From Candidatus Polarisedimenticolaceae bacterium (GTDB taxonomy: Bacteria; Acidobacteriota; Polarisedimenticolia; Polarisedimenticolales; DASRJG01): DNA of 64,000 nt. Below the pieces are notes generated by a model, which did not search any database, had not been told where the DNA came from, and worked only from the letters and a program-made list of their open reading frames with translations. Location: positions 12,394 to 76,393 of the forward strand of contig DASUCV010000015.1 of assembly GCA_036275915.1 (NCBI GenBank), in the 5' to 3' direction. A program made the translations under genes and the position numbers. Below are positions 63,522 to 64,000 of this stretch, piece after piece (positions within the stretch are counted from its first letter, which is position 1; each line of letters begins with the position of its first letter).

Positions 63522-64000
63522 TTAGTCGTGCTGCCCCGGCTCGTCGAACGTGAGCACACGTCGCACCAGGTCCGATTGCCGTTTAGCACCGGTTTTCACG
63601 AAGATCCGCTTGAGATGGCTCCGGGCGGTGCTCGGACGGATCCCGGCCGCCACGGCCGCCTGCTTCACCGTCATGCCTCCGACGAGGCGCGCCGTGAGCG
63701 AGGCTTCCGCCGGGCTGAGGCCGTAATTCACCGTGAACGCGTCGAATGGGACGACCTCGCGCCGCACCGGCTCCTCGACGAGGACGACGACCGACGCGAG
63801 GCGGGAGGCCGGGAAGAGCCCGGTCACACCGGTCGGCGCGACCATGACCGACAGCGGGCGCCGTCCGCCGTCGCGCGTGAGCGAGAAGGCGCCCCCGCGC
63901 GGAAGCAATCGGCCGGTCTCGGCGGTCGCCGCGCCGAACATCAGCCGCTGGAGCTGCACCTCGGCGTGCGGGTCGACCGCGATCAGGGCGCCGCGATCGA
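63522..64000 (-). CDS. LuxR/GerE-family transcriptional regulator, partial (N-terminus outside window)
   Basis: C-terminal HTH LSPAEASLTARLVGGMTVKQAAVAAGIRPSTARSHLKRIFVKTG. The reading frame stays open upstream of the GTG at 63959 to the window edge. Confidence 0.8.
   Translation of the reverse strand, partial: DRGALIAVDPHAEVQLQRLMFGAATAETGRLLPRGGAFSLTRDGGRRPLSVMVAPTGVTGLFPASRLASVVVLVEEPVRREVVPFDAFTVNYGLSPAEASLTARLVGGMTVKQAAVAAGIRPSTARSHLKRIFVKTGAKRQSDLVRRVLTFDEPGQHD

Overview
This is a 64-kb, very GC-rich bacterial chromosomal segment (roughly 68-70% GC by eye). The lineage cannot be fixed from sequence alone; the gene content and secreted giant proteins look like a soil or sediment Acidobacteria-like or delta-proteobacteria-like organism. 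I support about 56 protein-coding genes. I recognised no rRNA, tRNA, CRISPR array, transposase or integrase. Many long ORFs in the track are antisense or alternate-frame shadows typical of high-GC DNA and were discarded.

Main content, in order:
- an HcrCAB-like (4-hydroxybenzoyl-CoA-reductase-type) molybdoenzyme operon followed by SDR and MOSC genes
- a low-GC gap with a candidate structured leader or ncRNA that ends in the only textbook intrinsic terminator of the window, just upstream of a cytoplasmic SGNH hydrolase
- asnB
- a 1166-aa beta-propeller / di-haem peroxidase / DNRLRE-like exoprotein
- two tandem M1-peptidase paralogs, the first with all zinc and catalytic residues replaced
- a stand-alone KAS II
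- a run of small detoxification-type enzymes (GNATs, methyltransferase, cupin, two RibD_C reductases)
- a 2204-aa internally duplicated exoprotein (beta-propellers, thrombospondin-type-3 repeats)
- tyrA and csaA within a run of small genes
- an ABC / FtsX / LolA-like export operon, divergent from a VWA lipoprotein
- an operon of three consecutive ATP-dependent amide ligases, divergent from an esterase
- ferritin plus a 68-codon Cys-rich exported peptide
- a zwf / GH63 / glycogen-debranching operon
- a TPR protein, a single-chain double-DTG aspartic protease, cca, and a partial LuxR regulator

The most unusual items are:
- the triple-ligase operon
- the AGTTCAC heptamer arrays that bracket it
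- the ferritin-linked Cys-rich peptide
- the leader/ncRNA candidate
- the dead/live M1 peptidase pair
- a family of very long perfect hairpins that begin with GGGGACA

All domain calls come from reading the translations by eye. No searches were run. Start codons are inferred and several are non-ATG.
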